From assembly GCA_034189385.1 (NCBI GenBank), contig JAXHVD010000013.1:32001-96000 (forward strand): a stretch of 64,000 nucleotides of DNA. Reading direction: 5' to 3'. Below the pieces are notes generated by a model. The model ran no database searches, was not told where the DNA came from, and worked only from the letters and a program-made list of their open reading frames with translations. Both the position numbers and the translations under genes were made by a program. Below, one piece after another: positions 11,696 through 19,923 of this stretch (position 1 is the stretch's first letter; each line of letters opens with the position of its first letter). This stretch comes from Thermodesulfobacteriota bacterium. GTDB taxonomy: Bacteria; Desulfobacterota; Desulfobacteria; Desulfobacterales; C00003060.

Positions 11696-14101
11696 CTAAT
11701 ATCGCCTCTGGTAGAGTTCCTCTAATGTCATGCTCTTGAGATCCTCCACAAATTCTACCAAGTTCATTATCATCCTCTCCCACATGCGCCTCCCTTTCTC
11801 TGCAGTGGCCCTTGTGGGGTCGCCCAGGACACCGGAAGGAGAAATCCTGGCGGTGTGGGTATACCATGTCACGCTCCTTTTAGAGGTGAAATTGAGATAC
11901 GTGCTTGAGAATCTAGGGACGAACTTCTTTGCGGCTTCAAGTCTTACGACCTCAGGGCGAACCGCCAAGGTGGTGCTGGTCTCGATCTCCCCGGCATGGA
12001 CATCGTTCGGGGTTTCCGCCATGGCGTAGATGTCGGGATCGCTCGTCTCACCGGTGTCAACGCAGGTGAAAATCTGGGCATCTCGGTTGATCATCTGTGC
12101 GGCAAAATGCAGGGCTGGACCGTTTCCTCCATGTCCGTTGATGATGACCAGTTTTCTGGCGCCGTGACGGGCAATGCTCATACCTATGTCATAGACGAGC
12201 CGTGACAGCGTCTCCGGATTCACGCTGATGGTGCCACTGAAGTCTTCGTGGTGGTAGGAAACACCATATGGGATTAAGGGAAGAACAATAGGCCTCGGCT
12301 CGCTGCACGCCTTTGCCACCTCATGGGCCAGATACTCGGCATCAAAGGCATCGGCATCTAGAGGCAGGTGAGGGCCGTGTTGTTCAATGGCACCCACAGG
12401 AAGGAGCGCTACATCCACGGATTTGAATCGCTTTTTTGCTTCAGGCCATGTCATCTGGGCCAATAGGGGGCTGCCCGCAACGCCTTCGTTCTCGTCTCTG
12501 CTGCCATGTTCAACTGAAGACACATCCCCCGGGGGTTCAAAGTGGAACGGTTTCTTGAAGGTGGGGTCTTCGATCGGGTCACATTCCCTCCATGCTTTCC
12601 CAGTGCGCTTCACCGCTCCATCTGCGTGCTCAAGATAAATGCGAAACAACGGTCCACGAAGGTCTGCTGGAATACCGTCAAGCGGAGACTTTTCATCGTG
12701 GAATCGCAGCTTCATCACTTCGTGTCTTGCCCGTGCCTGGGCCGACCGGATGTGGGGTTCGGAAAGAAGGCCTTTTTCATTGAGCAGGAAAGCCACATGC
12801 TCAGCAACAGCGACTTCAGAATGAATTCCCTTGTCCACGAGTCCTGCCAGACAGCGGTCGATCTGGTGGCGCCCGTAACGGCACTGGGCCGGGTCTGCTC
12901 CCAGGGCCAACAGCATTGCCACGATGCGACGGCACTTTTCACAGCGGCCGCAGGGACGAATTTCGTTTCCTTCCTCATGAGTAGCATGGCACGAAACCTG
13001 CTCTCGGTGGAGTTCGGGATAGCGTTCAACTAGAATCTTCTGGACCAGAAGCTCAGACAGAGGCCTGAGTATGGAAAACTGATTGATTCCCCACTGCTTG
13101 CGATGGAAGTACCGGGTGAGGGCGTCGTCGAAGTATCGACTTTGGTCGTATAGACCCGCATAGTGGACAATTCCTTCAAATGACGTCCTGTGGGTTGTGT
13201 CGAACTCATCTCCAATGAGAAGACGGCCAATGCCCCGTTTTCGAATGATGGCCAATGCTCCGAAGATGAAAACGGCTACAGTCCATAAACGAATGGGATA
13301 TTCGTCTGATCGTATTCTCGCAAAATCCGGACGCACAAAGGGAAGATGTCTCAACATCCAGTTGAACACCCTGTCCGAGTTCGTCCACACCCGTGCTGTC
13401 GTCGGAACGGCGGCTACAAAATGGCGGTAAGCATTCAAAGCGGTGAACCAATGTCGGCCAGACTCGTTGATGAATATGGGGTGCACCTCGCAGCCCATCT
13501 CCTGCAAAAGGCCGAAGGTCAGAAGACTGTCCTTCCCTCCGCTTGAAAGGACCGCATGCTTTGTTGAATCTCCGTTCCACTGGCCCATCTTTCTTTTGCC
13601 TCTTTCCCTTCCACGGGAAGGAGGGCTGTCTTGGTCGGGAAAAATGAACTTGGCACGAAGGTAACTCTTTTTCTTAACAGGGGTAAGATTCGTCGTTCTA
13701 TGGAGGAGAAAAGGATTCGGTTGGAGAAACTTCTTCACAAGGATCTCGCGAGCCGTATTGGAGGCCATTTCCCTGATGAAATGCTGGTCTTCTTTGTTGA
13801 ACTGCCCGTGGAACACGATCTCATGGCAGAATAGCCCATAGTTCAGAGCCACCTGCACTCCAATCATTGCTGCAAGATTGATTGAGTCCTCTTCATCTGG
13901 AACGAAGACATCTTCCGCGAACCGGTAGACCAGTTCCATGGTGTCAGGGCTGCCGTTCTTACTCACCCTATAGGGGGTGGTGAGCCGGTTTTTCTCCAGC
14001 CGGACCGGTCCCACCTCGAGCCGTGGGATGACCGCCAAACCCTCCTCCAGCAGGCCGCTTTCAAGGGATGGCTTCTGTTGTCTCGTTTCTTTGTGTGGCA
14101 T
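11696..14101 (-). CDS. fusion of a PP-loop (QueC/MurL-like) ATPase and a C-terminal creatininase-family amidohydrolase
   Basis: SSGGKDSLL and SCH-x9-CGRCEKC in the N-terminal part; EQHGPHLPLDAD, NGHGGN and DVHAGEIETS in the C-terminal ~260 aa; likely ATG at 14101. Confidence 0.82.
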   Translation of the reverse strand: MPHKETRQQKPSLESGLLEEGLAVIPRLEVGPVRLEKNRLTTPYRVSKNGSPDTMELVYRFAEDVFVPDEEDSINLAAMIGVQVALNYGLFCHEIVFHGQFNKEDQHFIREMASNTAREILVKKFLQPNPFLLHRTTNLTPVKKKSYLRAKFIFPDQDSPPSRGRERGKRKMGQWNGDSTKHAVLSSGGKDSLLTFGLLQEMGCEVHPIFINESGRHWFTALNAYRHFVAAVPTTARVWTNSDRVFNWMLRHLPFVRPDFARIRSDEYPIRLWTVAVFIFGALAIIRKRGIGRLLIGDEFDTTHRTSFEGIVHYAGLYDQSRYFDDALTRYFHRKQWGINQFSILRPLSELLVQKILVERYPELHREQVSCHATHEEGNEIRPCGRCEKCRRIVAMLLALGADPAQCRYGRHQIDRCLAGLVDKGIHSEVAVAEHVAFLLNEKGLLSEPHIRSAQARARHEVMKLRFHDEKSPLDGIPADLRGPLFRIYLEHADGAVKRTGKAWRECDPIEDPTFKKPFHFEPPGDVSSVEHGSRDENEGVAGSPLLAQMTWPEAKKRFKSVDVALLPVGAIEQHGPHLPLDADAFDAEYLAHEVAKACSEPRPIVLPLIPYGVSYHHEDFSGTISVNPETLSRLVYDIGMSIARHGARKLVIINGHGGNGPALHFAAQMINRDAQIFTCVDTGETSDPDIYAMAETPNDVHAGEIETSTTLAVRPEVVRLEAAKKFVPRFSSTYLNFTSKRSVTWYTHTARISPSGVLGDPTRATAEKGRRMWERMIMNLVEFVEDLKSMTLEELYQRRY

Positions 14102-14112
14102 TAGAATTTCCC

Positions 14113-15192
14113 TTATCGACCTTTGAGGCAGGACAGTACCGTCCTGACAATTGCTTCCGGGCCTTCCAGAAGCATGTCGCAAGCAGGCAGGCCGGTCGCC
14201 TTTCGAATCTGATGGCAGACTCTAGGAACCTGACCTGCTTCTAAACCCTCGTGGTTGACGCATATTGCTACCACCGGCTTGCCGGACAGCAGTTCAATAG
14301 CCTCTATCTGCTTTTCCAGAGGGTGGATGGAATAGCCGGGGAAGCCATCGTACTCTCGCCTGGCGGGGGCGTGTTGAAGCACCACTGCGTCAGGCCTTCC
14401 TGCTGCCAGGATCTCAAATCCACCCGGATAAGCGGGATTCATGAGGCTTCCCTGTCCTTCAATGATGATGACATCGGGTTGCGACTCATGCCAAGCTGTC
14501 CAGATAATGTGTTCAATTTCACCTGACACAAAGTCATTGATGAGGGCGTCAAGGATGATGCCGTAACGGGCACCCTGTATCCACGCCGTTTGCCCTGTCC
14601 CGATGAATTCCGTGTTCCAGCCGGCGGCCTGGAGGGCGTCTACAAGAATCCAGGCCGTCGTTCTTTTGCCAACAGCGGAGTCAGTTCCTAAGACTGCGAC
14701 TTTCAATGCGTTGACTTGTTCTATCTTTCCTTCGAAAAAGTGGAGTCCTTTTCGAGGCGGGCATTTTCTGATGTCGCGAATGATAACTCCATGCTGGGCC
14801 GCGAGGGCTGCAAGGTCGACATCTTCCAGGAGAAAGTCATGGAGCCCAGAGTCCACGTTAAGACCTAGGGTAATGGCTTGGATCACATCTTCACGGGCTT
14901 GGGCGCTGAGCCTCCCGCCATCGGGGGCCAGACCAATGACCAGGTGGGTGGGGTCGGCTCCATCTCTCCTGGCCGCCTCAACAGCCCCGGGAACGTCGGG
15001 ATGGATAGGAATCCCTTTGGCTTGTGCGTCCAACACCATCCCCGCGTCTTTTCCCGCACAGCAAGAGTCCACCACAGAGAGGATCTCATAGCGCCTTGTA
15101 CGTCGCACTAGCCCATGGGCTGTTTTGCCGTTTGGCGTCCCAAAGGCCCCCTCACAGTACACAATGGCGTTGCCTTCTGAGAATAGAGTCAT
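14113..15192 (-). CDS. DUF1611 protein (DgcN-like; Rossmann-like N domain plus P-loop)
   Basis: GKTAHGLVR, GLAPDGG, SGLH, GTDSAVGKRTT, GTGQT and EGQGSL motifs. Confidence 0.88.
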   Translation of the reverse strand: MTLFSEGNAIVYCEGAFGTPNGKTAHGLVRRTRRYEILSVVDSCCAGKDAGMVLDAQAKGIPIHPDVPGAVEAARRDGADPTHLVIGLAPDGGRLSAQAREDVIQAITLGLNVDSGLHDFLLEDVDLAALAAQHGVIIRDIRKCPPRKGLHFFEGKIEQVNALKVAVLGTDSAVGKRTTAWILVDALQAAGWNTEFIGTGQTAWIQGARYGIILDALINDFVSGEIEHIIWTAWHESQPDVIIIEGQGSLMNPAYPGGFEILAAGRPDAVVLQHAPARREYDGFPGYSIHPLEKQIEAIELLSGKPVVAICVNHEGLEAGQVPRVCHQIRKATGLPACDMLLEGPEAIVRTVLSCLKGR

Positions 15193-16319
15193 GATTTCCG
15201 TCCTGTGAGTATAACCACATACCGATCACCAGCAAATGGTGCTTTAGCGTGACGGTCTAGCAGGGAGATTAGCCCTGCCGTGGAGGCTGGCAAAACATTC
15301 AGGCCTTCAAGGTTGCCTAATAATTTTGAAAACGAGAGCATCGCTTTGTCGCTGGCATAGGAGGCCCAGCCCTTTGTGTTCCTGATAGCTTCAAGGGCAT
15401 GATCCCCATCAATAGCATGCCAATTGATGAGAGGTTCGTTTACGCGGGTTTCCCGAATTTGCTCCGGCCTGAGGTCCTCACACAGGAGGGTGTTCTTCAT
15501 ATAAGCCCTCACTATGGGATTCTTACCGTGAGAAGAGCCGGCGAACATGCGGGGCATCCGCGAGGTTTTCCCCCGGCGATAAAGACTGAGGAATCCTTTG
15601 TAGATACCTGCCAGGGTGCTGCCGTTAGAGACGGGCACGGCAACCACCCCGGGGGCATCACGGAGCTCATCGTAGATTTCGTAAGCAATTTCGCCGTAAG
15701 CCTTTGATTGAAGCGCCGTGTTATCACCTCCGGGGTTTGCGTCGTAGAGTTCGTCGGATTCAGCTCTTTCTCGAGAAGCTATGACTGCATTTTCATAGTC
15801 TCCTGGCACCCGGACGATCTCTGCGCCATAGGCAACCATCTCTTGCACGCGTTTCGTGCTGTAGGCCTCTGGAATAAAGATAGTGCAACGCAAACTTGCC
15901 ATGGAGCTAGCCAGCGCTACCGCTACGCCGTAGTTGCCACAGGTAGCTACAGTGATGGCATCGAACCCACGCCGTAAGGCATCCATGGCCTGGACGAAGG
16001 CGATGCGGTCTTTCTGCGTTCCCGTGGGGTTACCTCCTTCGAACTTAAGGTAGATTTGTCTCAAGCCCACTTCACGCTCAATATTTCGAGCCCTTGAAAG
16101 GGTTGTGTCGCCTACCTCTGAATCGACAATGTCCTCATAGGCCTCAAGGCGATCATTCAAAGGTTGCTTTTTGTCTGAAGCCAGCTTTTTCTGCCTTTCC
16201 AACTCGGGGGCAATGATGGGCACCTGAGAGGTTGCCCCATCTACTAGAGAAAGCCGTGAATCATTCATCTCGAATTCCGGCATGGGAGGAGACTCCATTT
16301 CCTTCATAGCAGAGGGCAT
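15189..16319 (-). CDS. PLP-dependent fold-type II enzyme (threonine-synthase-like); start uncertain
   Basis: LKFEGGNPTGTQKDR (PLP lysine), ATCGNYG, VPVSNG and C-terminal VVILTG. Confidence 0.88.
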   Translation of the reverse strand: MPSAMKEMESPPMPEFEMNDSRLSLVDGATSQVPIIAPELERQKKLASDKKQPLNDRLEAYEDIVDSEVGDTTLSRARNIEREVGLRQIYLKFEGGNPTGTQKDRIAFVQAMDALRRGFDAITVATCGNYGVAVALASSMASLRCTIFIPEAYSTKRVQEMVAYGAEIVRVPGDYENAVIASRERAESDELYDANPGGDNTALQSKAYGEIAYEIYDELRDAPGVVAVPVSNGSTLAGIYKGFLSLYRRGKTSRMPRMFAGSSHGKNPIVRAYMKNTLLCEDLRPEQIRETRVNEPLINWHAIDGDHALEAIRNTKGWASYASDKAMLSFSKLLGNLEGLNVLPASTAGLISLLDRHAKAPFAGDRYVVILTGRKS

Positions 16320-16396
16320 GTCCGTCTGGACATGCCCTCAACCCAGAATTTGTCCGATTCGTTTTATGACAAGATGTTAGGCCGCCTTCACCTGGC

Positions 16397-16555
16397 TTAC
16401 CTCGGCGAACCCGTTGGTTTGCTCTTGGCCTCTTTGTTCCCCACGCCTTCAGCTCTTGCCAGCTTGTCACATCTCTCTATCAGGCTCTCTATCTGTCCTG
16501 TCACCGCTTTTAGCCCTTCTAACAACCCTTGAAGGTCTCTTTCTATCTTTTTCAT
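16397..16555 (-). CDS. small coiled-coil hypothetical protein (52 aa)
   Basis: MKKIERDLQGLLEGLKAVTGQIESLIERCDKL; purine-rich RBS region upstream. Confidence 0.45.
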   Translation of the reverse strand: MKKIERDLQGLLEGLKAVTGQIESLIERCDKLARAEGVGNKEAKSKPTGSPR

Positions 16556-16729
16556 CTCTGCCCTTCTTCTCCTTATTAGGCCCTCACCGAGCCTTTCCAT
16601 AGTCTATCTAAAACCGGCCAGTTTGTTTATCAACCGCCCAAAGGCCAACCTTAGGGTCGTCTCGCTTCATCTCTGCCCTCACTGGCATGTTCGTCCCAAC
16701 GACAAAATGTGCATGCAGCCATCTCCTCA

Positions 16730-16954
16730 CTAGTCAAAGATGACGTGCCCCTTACCGGCAGCGGCAATCCTGAGCAAGTCGTCCGTTTTCCTGACAGCCA
16801 TATTTCGAAAGGTCACTGTAGCACCAGATCGTTTGGCCGCAGTTGCAATCTTCGCCAGCTCCTCCGTCGTTCTCCGGCCTGCTTCCATGGCAAAACCACC
16901 GCCCGCGCTGGCAATTTTAATCAGCTCCTCCGTTTTCTTCATGCCTAAACCCAT
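16730..16954 (-). CDS. small hypothetical protein with three internal repeats (74 aa)
   Basis: GGGGAGG RBS; KTEELIKIA / TTEELAKIA / KTDDLLRIA repeats. Confidence 0.75.
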   Translation of the reverse strand: MGLGMKKTEELIKIASAGGGFAMEAGRRTTEELAKIATAAKRSGATVTFRNMAVRKTDDLLRIAAAGKGHVIFD

Positions 16955-17069
16955 AGCCTTTTCCTCCCCCGGATTGATAGTGAGCCGCCCTTGGCTCAGC
17001 GTTTTAAGGTCCCAAGAGGATCCTCCGTGCTCTTGAGCTGAGAGCCCTTTTCCCGCAGGTCGGTTGAGG

Positions 17070-17294
17070 TTACAACTCAAAGAAATCATAGTTTTCTTTG
17101 CGGCGGCTGCGCCTCCTCTTGGTAATATCCCTCCAATCATTACTAGTCTGGATTCCTTTCGCCTTCTTCTTGCGACACTCTGGGCACCGCTTTGGCACAC
17201 CAAAACCTTTTGCCATGAAACGTTCCCGCTCCTGACCTGAGAAAACAAACTCAGTCCCGCATTGAACACAATTTAACGTCAGTGCTTCCATCAT
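17070..17294 (-). CDS. zinc-ribbon domain protein
   Basis: CVQCGTEFVFS.QE..F...GF..PKRCPECR. Confidence 0.85.
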   Translation of the reverse strand: MMEALTLNCVQCGTEFVFSGQERERFMAKGFGVPKRCPECRKKKAKGIQTSNDWRDITKRRRSRRKENYDFFEL

Positions 17295-18367
17295 ATACCT
17301 GCCTCGTTACGGAGTAGTTCTTTCGGGGCGACATGAACAACTCGTCGTTGCCTCCAGCGATCAATGGGTTCATCTACAGCATAGTAAAGGATCAGGGATG
17401 CTACTAAAACGGTTGCTAGCAGGGGGAAAAGAGGGTACTCCTCCAAATATTCATCAAAGAATGCCACTATGAGAAAATGAACCATGTAGAAGGGGTATGA
17501 AATGTTTCCGAGGAATCTGTCCAGTCGGTTGTCCTTTGCAGCGTTGAAAATAAAGGGGATGCATACGGAGGTTGTCAGGACCAGAATCGTGAAGGCATAT
17601 TCTTCGTTTATGCTTTCAAATGAAAGGAGCGCGCCCAGAAGTATTACCCATGAAATGAGTCCTGCATGTCTGCCAAGGTGACCTTTGATCCTCAAGAAAA
17701 GGATATAGCCAAAATAACCAAGAAGAAAGAGGCATAACTCAGCAGGAAGGCATCTTCGCAACAACAGCTCGCATTCGGGGCCTTTCGAGACAAGATAGAG
17801 GCGCAATGCAAGGCTCAGCAAAAAGATACCCCCTACCCAGTACAATCGGCGGCGCAGAATAAGGGGGGCTAAGAAGTAAAAGCACAGTTCCAGGGAAAGG
17901 GACCAGGCTTGTGGGACCAAGATATAAGACCAGGCCTTGGCTGAAGCCCCCCCGTCCGGAGCCCAATAGAAAGAGAAACTGGCAGTGTCTATACCTAGAA
18001 GAAACAGTATTTCCTGCCCCAGCACTGCGATGTTTGCCCAGGCATAGGCTCCTGCCATGACAGGCCCGTGCGAAAAGACGCTTTTAAATCTGTCCATGCG
18101 TGTAAAAGCCGCCACATCGAAGAAAAAAAGAGCTGCAAAGGATAGGACAAGGACAAGCAGATAGCTTGGAAAGAGTCGGAACAGCCTGTTTGTGTAGAAC
18201 AACATGGCATCGGTGTTGTACTTCTCACTGAGAATGAAAGACATGTAGAAACCAGATATGATGAAAAAGACTTGCACTGCCACGTGTCCCGGCAAAAGGC
18301 TAATCTCTAAGGGAGTGGCGTGTGATATCAAGACCGCACAGGCAAGAAACAAACGAATCGATCCCAT
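17291..18367 (-). CDS. acyltransferase family 3 (OafA-like membrane protein)
   Basis: AVQVFFIISGF, NRLFRLFPSY, WSLSLELCFY and LGNISYPFYMVH motifs. Confidence 0.9.
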   Translation of the reverse strand: MGSIRLFLACAVLISHATPLEISLLPGHVAVQVFFIISGFYMSFILSEKYNTDAMLFYTNRLFRLFPSYLLVLVLSFAALFFFDVAAFTRMDRFKSVFSHGPVMAGAYAWANIAVLGQEILFLLGIDTASFSFYWAPDGGASAKAWSYILVPQAWSLSLELCFYFLAPLILRRRLYWVGGIFLLSLALRLYLVSKGPECELLLRRCLPAELCLFLLGYFGYILFLRIKGHLGRHAGLISWVILLGALLSFESINEEYAFTILVLTTSVCIPFIFNAAKDNRLDRFLGNISYPFYMVHFLIVAFFDEYLEEYPLFPLLATVLVASLILYYAVDEPIDRWRQRRVVHVAPKELLRNEAGI

Positions 18368-18420
18368 GGAACTGGTCCATTCGTGAGACTCCCCAGGCTT
18401 CCGCAGGGGGACTCTGATTC

Positions 18421-18453
18421 TCCTCCCCTTGATGGGGGAGGATCAAGATGGGG
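18421..18453. repeat. short REP-like hairpin
   Basis: TCCTCCCC-TTGAT-GGGGGAGGA followed by TCAAGATGGGG. Confidence 0.4.
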
Positions 18454-18578
18454 CAAGGCTGTTGTTTCATCTTTTTTCATTGGTTCTCAGAAGCCTAAGT
18501 GGAGGTTCTTTCTAAGGGCGGCATATTGGAGTATGTCCAAGCGATGAATTCCGGCGCCAGAGGGTTTAGGTGGGAGGG

Positions 18579-18944
18579 CTAAAGCCCTCTAAGTCTTTCC
18601 CCGTACTCCTGCTGTTCTTTGCATCGAATACAAAACCTGGCTATTGGGCGAGCCCTCAGTCTCCCCTTGGAGATCGCCCTGCCACATTCCTCGCAGATTC
18701 CGTAAGTTCCGTCTTGAAGCTTGGCCAGGGAATATTTGATCTTTTTGACCAGTTTACTTTCCCTTTCTCTCATGCGGAAGGAGAGGACGTTGTCCATCTC
18801 CGTGGATGCTCGGTCAAGGGTATCGGGAGATGCACCTCTGGACATAGTTGTACGGCCAGAACTAGCCTCTGCCTTTCTCAAGGCCTCGTCCAGTTGTTGA
18901 CTCAGTAAACTGCTGAAATACGATTTATCTTTCTTGGCCAACAT
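18579..18944 (-). CDS. dksA: DksA/TraR family C4 zinc-finger protein
   Basis: DTLDRAS (DxxDxA) and GTYGICEECG...RL.ARP....CIRC. Confidence 0.85.
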   Translation of the reverse strand: MLAKKDKSYFSSLLSQQLDEALRKAEASSGRTTMSRGASPDTLDRASTEMDNVLSFRMRERESKLVKKIKYSLAKLQDGTYGICEECGRAISKGRLRARPIARFCIRCKEQQEYGERLRGL

Positions 18945-19218
18945 GTGCATCTGAGAATCCTAGACAAAAAGAAAACTCTGGAGCCGATCGCGCCTTTTCC
19001 TGAGTCAAAACTTGCCCCCGCACTGTGTCGTGTCTTGGTTTCTTTGGGCTTTGCTCTTCCAGGAAGACCGCTTCGGACAAGGGGCTTAACTCTGCATGGA
19101 GTTCTTGCGGTTGCCTCCCCGTGGCAAATATAATTTTCGATCACTAACAGTGCAGGGGCAAGGGATAAGCCTGATTTCTTCCTCTGACAGATGCCGTGCT
19201 TTCCTCTAGCCCTTTGGC

Positions 19219-19602
19219 CTATTCTGCTTGCGCCTGTGCAAGGTCGTCATCACCTTGCGGGGTCATGTATGAGCTTTCTTCCTCAGAGGGCTCCTCGGTG
19301 TAAGATTCGTGTTCGTCACCGGTCGGGGCATTTTCGTATCCAGAGCCCTCTTCGCCCTCTTCTGACAACTCTTCTCTGAATTGCTCTTGGTATTCACCCT
19401 CTTTGTACTCCTCTTCACTCTCTTCACTCTCAGAGGCCCATGCATCGGAGCTTTCGAGGAGGCTACCCGCTGTATCTTCCTCATGCATTACCTTTGTTTG
19501 GGTGTCCGACGCTCGCGCCGGCCCTGCGTTCGCCAGAAAAACGAAGACCAGTGATAATAGGATACATAGACATGGGGCCCAGAACCTCTTGCTTACCTTC
19601 AT
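19219..19602 (-). CDS. secreted, highly acidic low-complexity protein
   Basis: Signal-peptide-like N-terminus ending ARA; Glu/Ser-rich body; AAGGAGG RBS. Confidence 0.75.
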   Translation of the reverse strand: MKVSKRFWAPCLCILLSLVFVFLANAGPARASDTQTKVMHEEDTAGSLLESSDAWASESEESEEEYKEGEYQEQFREELSEEGEEGSGYENAPTGDEHESYTEEPSEEESSYMTPQGDDDLAQAQAE

Positions 19603-19693
19603 TTTCGTACCTCCTTAAGCCATTTTGTGTGTCGTTCCTCTTGGGGTCCCGCCAGAACCCTCCTTGTAGGCGTGCTCAAGCGCTTCTACTCAT

Positions 19694-19709
19694 GGCAATT
19701 GCCGTGCCA
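19694..19709 (-). promoter_or_regulatory. sigma-54 promoter
   Basis: Minus strand reads TGGCACGGCAATTGCC; IHF-like TTTCAATTGGTTA at 19716-19728. Confidence 0.8.
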
Positions 19710-19764
19710 CTTCCGTAACCAATTGAAATTACATTTATTGAAGTGAATGGGAAAAGGGCGGACC

Positions 19765-19912
19765 GGAACTGGCAGTTCCGGTCCTGGCGGAGGGAGGCCC
19801 CACTAGAAAAAGGATAAAGCTGGAGATCGAGCACAACATATTGAGATAATGAGGGATTGGATGTGTGGAATCTCTAGTTCCGTTTTTTGGGGGTTTCGGA
19901 ACTTGAAGTTCT
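19765..19912. promoter_or_regulatory. three palindromic enhancer sites (GGAAC-N5-GTTCC type)
   Basis: GGAACTGGCAGTTCC 19765-19779; GGAATCTCTAGTTCC 19867-19881; GGAACTTGAAGTTCT 19898-19912. Confidence 0.78.
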
Positions 19913-19923
19913 GAAAACCGCTT

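Noticed and set aside
11696..14101. Calling the PP-loop domain true QueC or a QueC-type defence protein
   Set aside because: No queD/E/F or defence-associated partners are present; the context is amino-acid metabolism.
16397..16555. Small ORF as a RiPP (mycofactocin-like) precursor for the creatininase fusion
   Set aside because: No radical SAM or RRE protein nearby, and the peptide looks like a coiled coil with no precursor motif.
16551..16679. 14-bp direct repeat TTCATCTCTGCCCT (16551-16564 and 16666-16679)
   Set aside because: Only two copies, and the upstream copy opens just a 20-codon ORF; no CRISPR-like or other function can be supported.
19760..19784. Palindrome GGACCGGAACTGGCAGTTCCGGTCC as a terminator for the bEBP gene
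   Set aside because: No U tract, and its core matches eight other sites at conserved promoter spacing, so a binding site fits better.
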